This document shows positions 63,830 through 64,000 of a stretch of DNA of 64,000 nucleotides, piece by piece; within the stretch, counting starts at the first letter, position 1; each line of letters starts with the position of its first letter. Origin of the DNA: Eledone cirrhosa (Eukaryota). The DNA lies in the NCBI GenBank assembly GCA_964016885.1, contig OZ024749.1, forward strand, positions 4,278,001 to 4,342,000. Reading direction: 5' to 3'. The translations under genes were made by a program, and so were the position numbers. The notes below the pieces were generated by a model. It was not told the DNA's origin, did not search any database, and worked only from the letters and a program-made list of their open reading frames with translations.

Positions 63830-64000
63830 AAACCCTCCATATTAATTCTACTTTTGAAAGGCGAAAAGAACTGCAAAACCGGTAAAGGAACAAAATAAAT
63901 ATATTTAAAAAAAAAGACTCCAGTTGCATTTTCGATTTCATCTTTTTTCCTTATACTTTCACTTGTGTAGGACACCTCGTTTTTTTTTTTCATTTTGTAA

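Overview
AT-rich, gene-poor eukaryotic DNA. It is probably octopus or another coleoid cephalopod, inferred from the extreme (TA)n density and an abundant tRNA-derived SINE. No intact host gene is evident, and nearly all ORFs in the track are microsatellite artefacts. The main signal is a set of hammerhead ribozyme (HHR) retroelements. Two near-perfect 310-bp tandem arrays (3174-6235, 16998-21749) carry 25 minimal type I HHRs. A second family with a ~468-bp unit (6462-7595, 53362-54849, plus older relatives) carries its own HHR. Several more HHR-bearing Penelope-like element (PLE) ends are present, including a GIY-YIG endonuclease fragment with a downstream HHR (62852-63829). Most of these insertions sit in (TA)n tracts as fold-backs with both 3' ends facing outward, staggered by a family-specific offset. 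This points to non-LTR retrozymes (circRNA producers) mobilised by PLE machinery. Also present are RTE and CRE-like LINE remnants, hAT and mariner MITEs, a Helentron-like element, a tRNA-like cloverleaf and many SINE copies. All structures were read by eye; none was computed.
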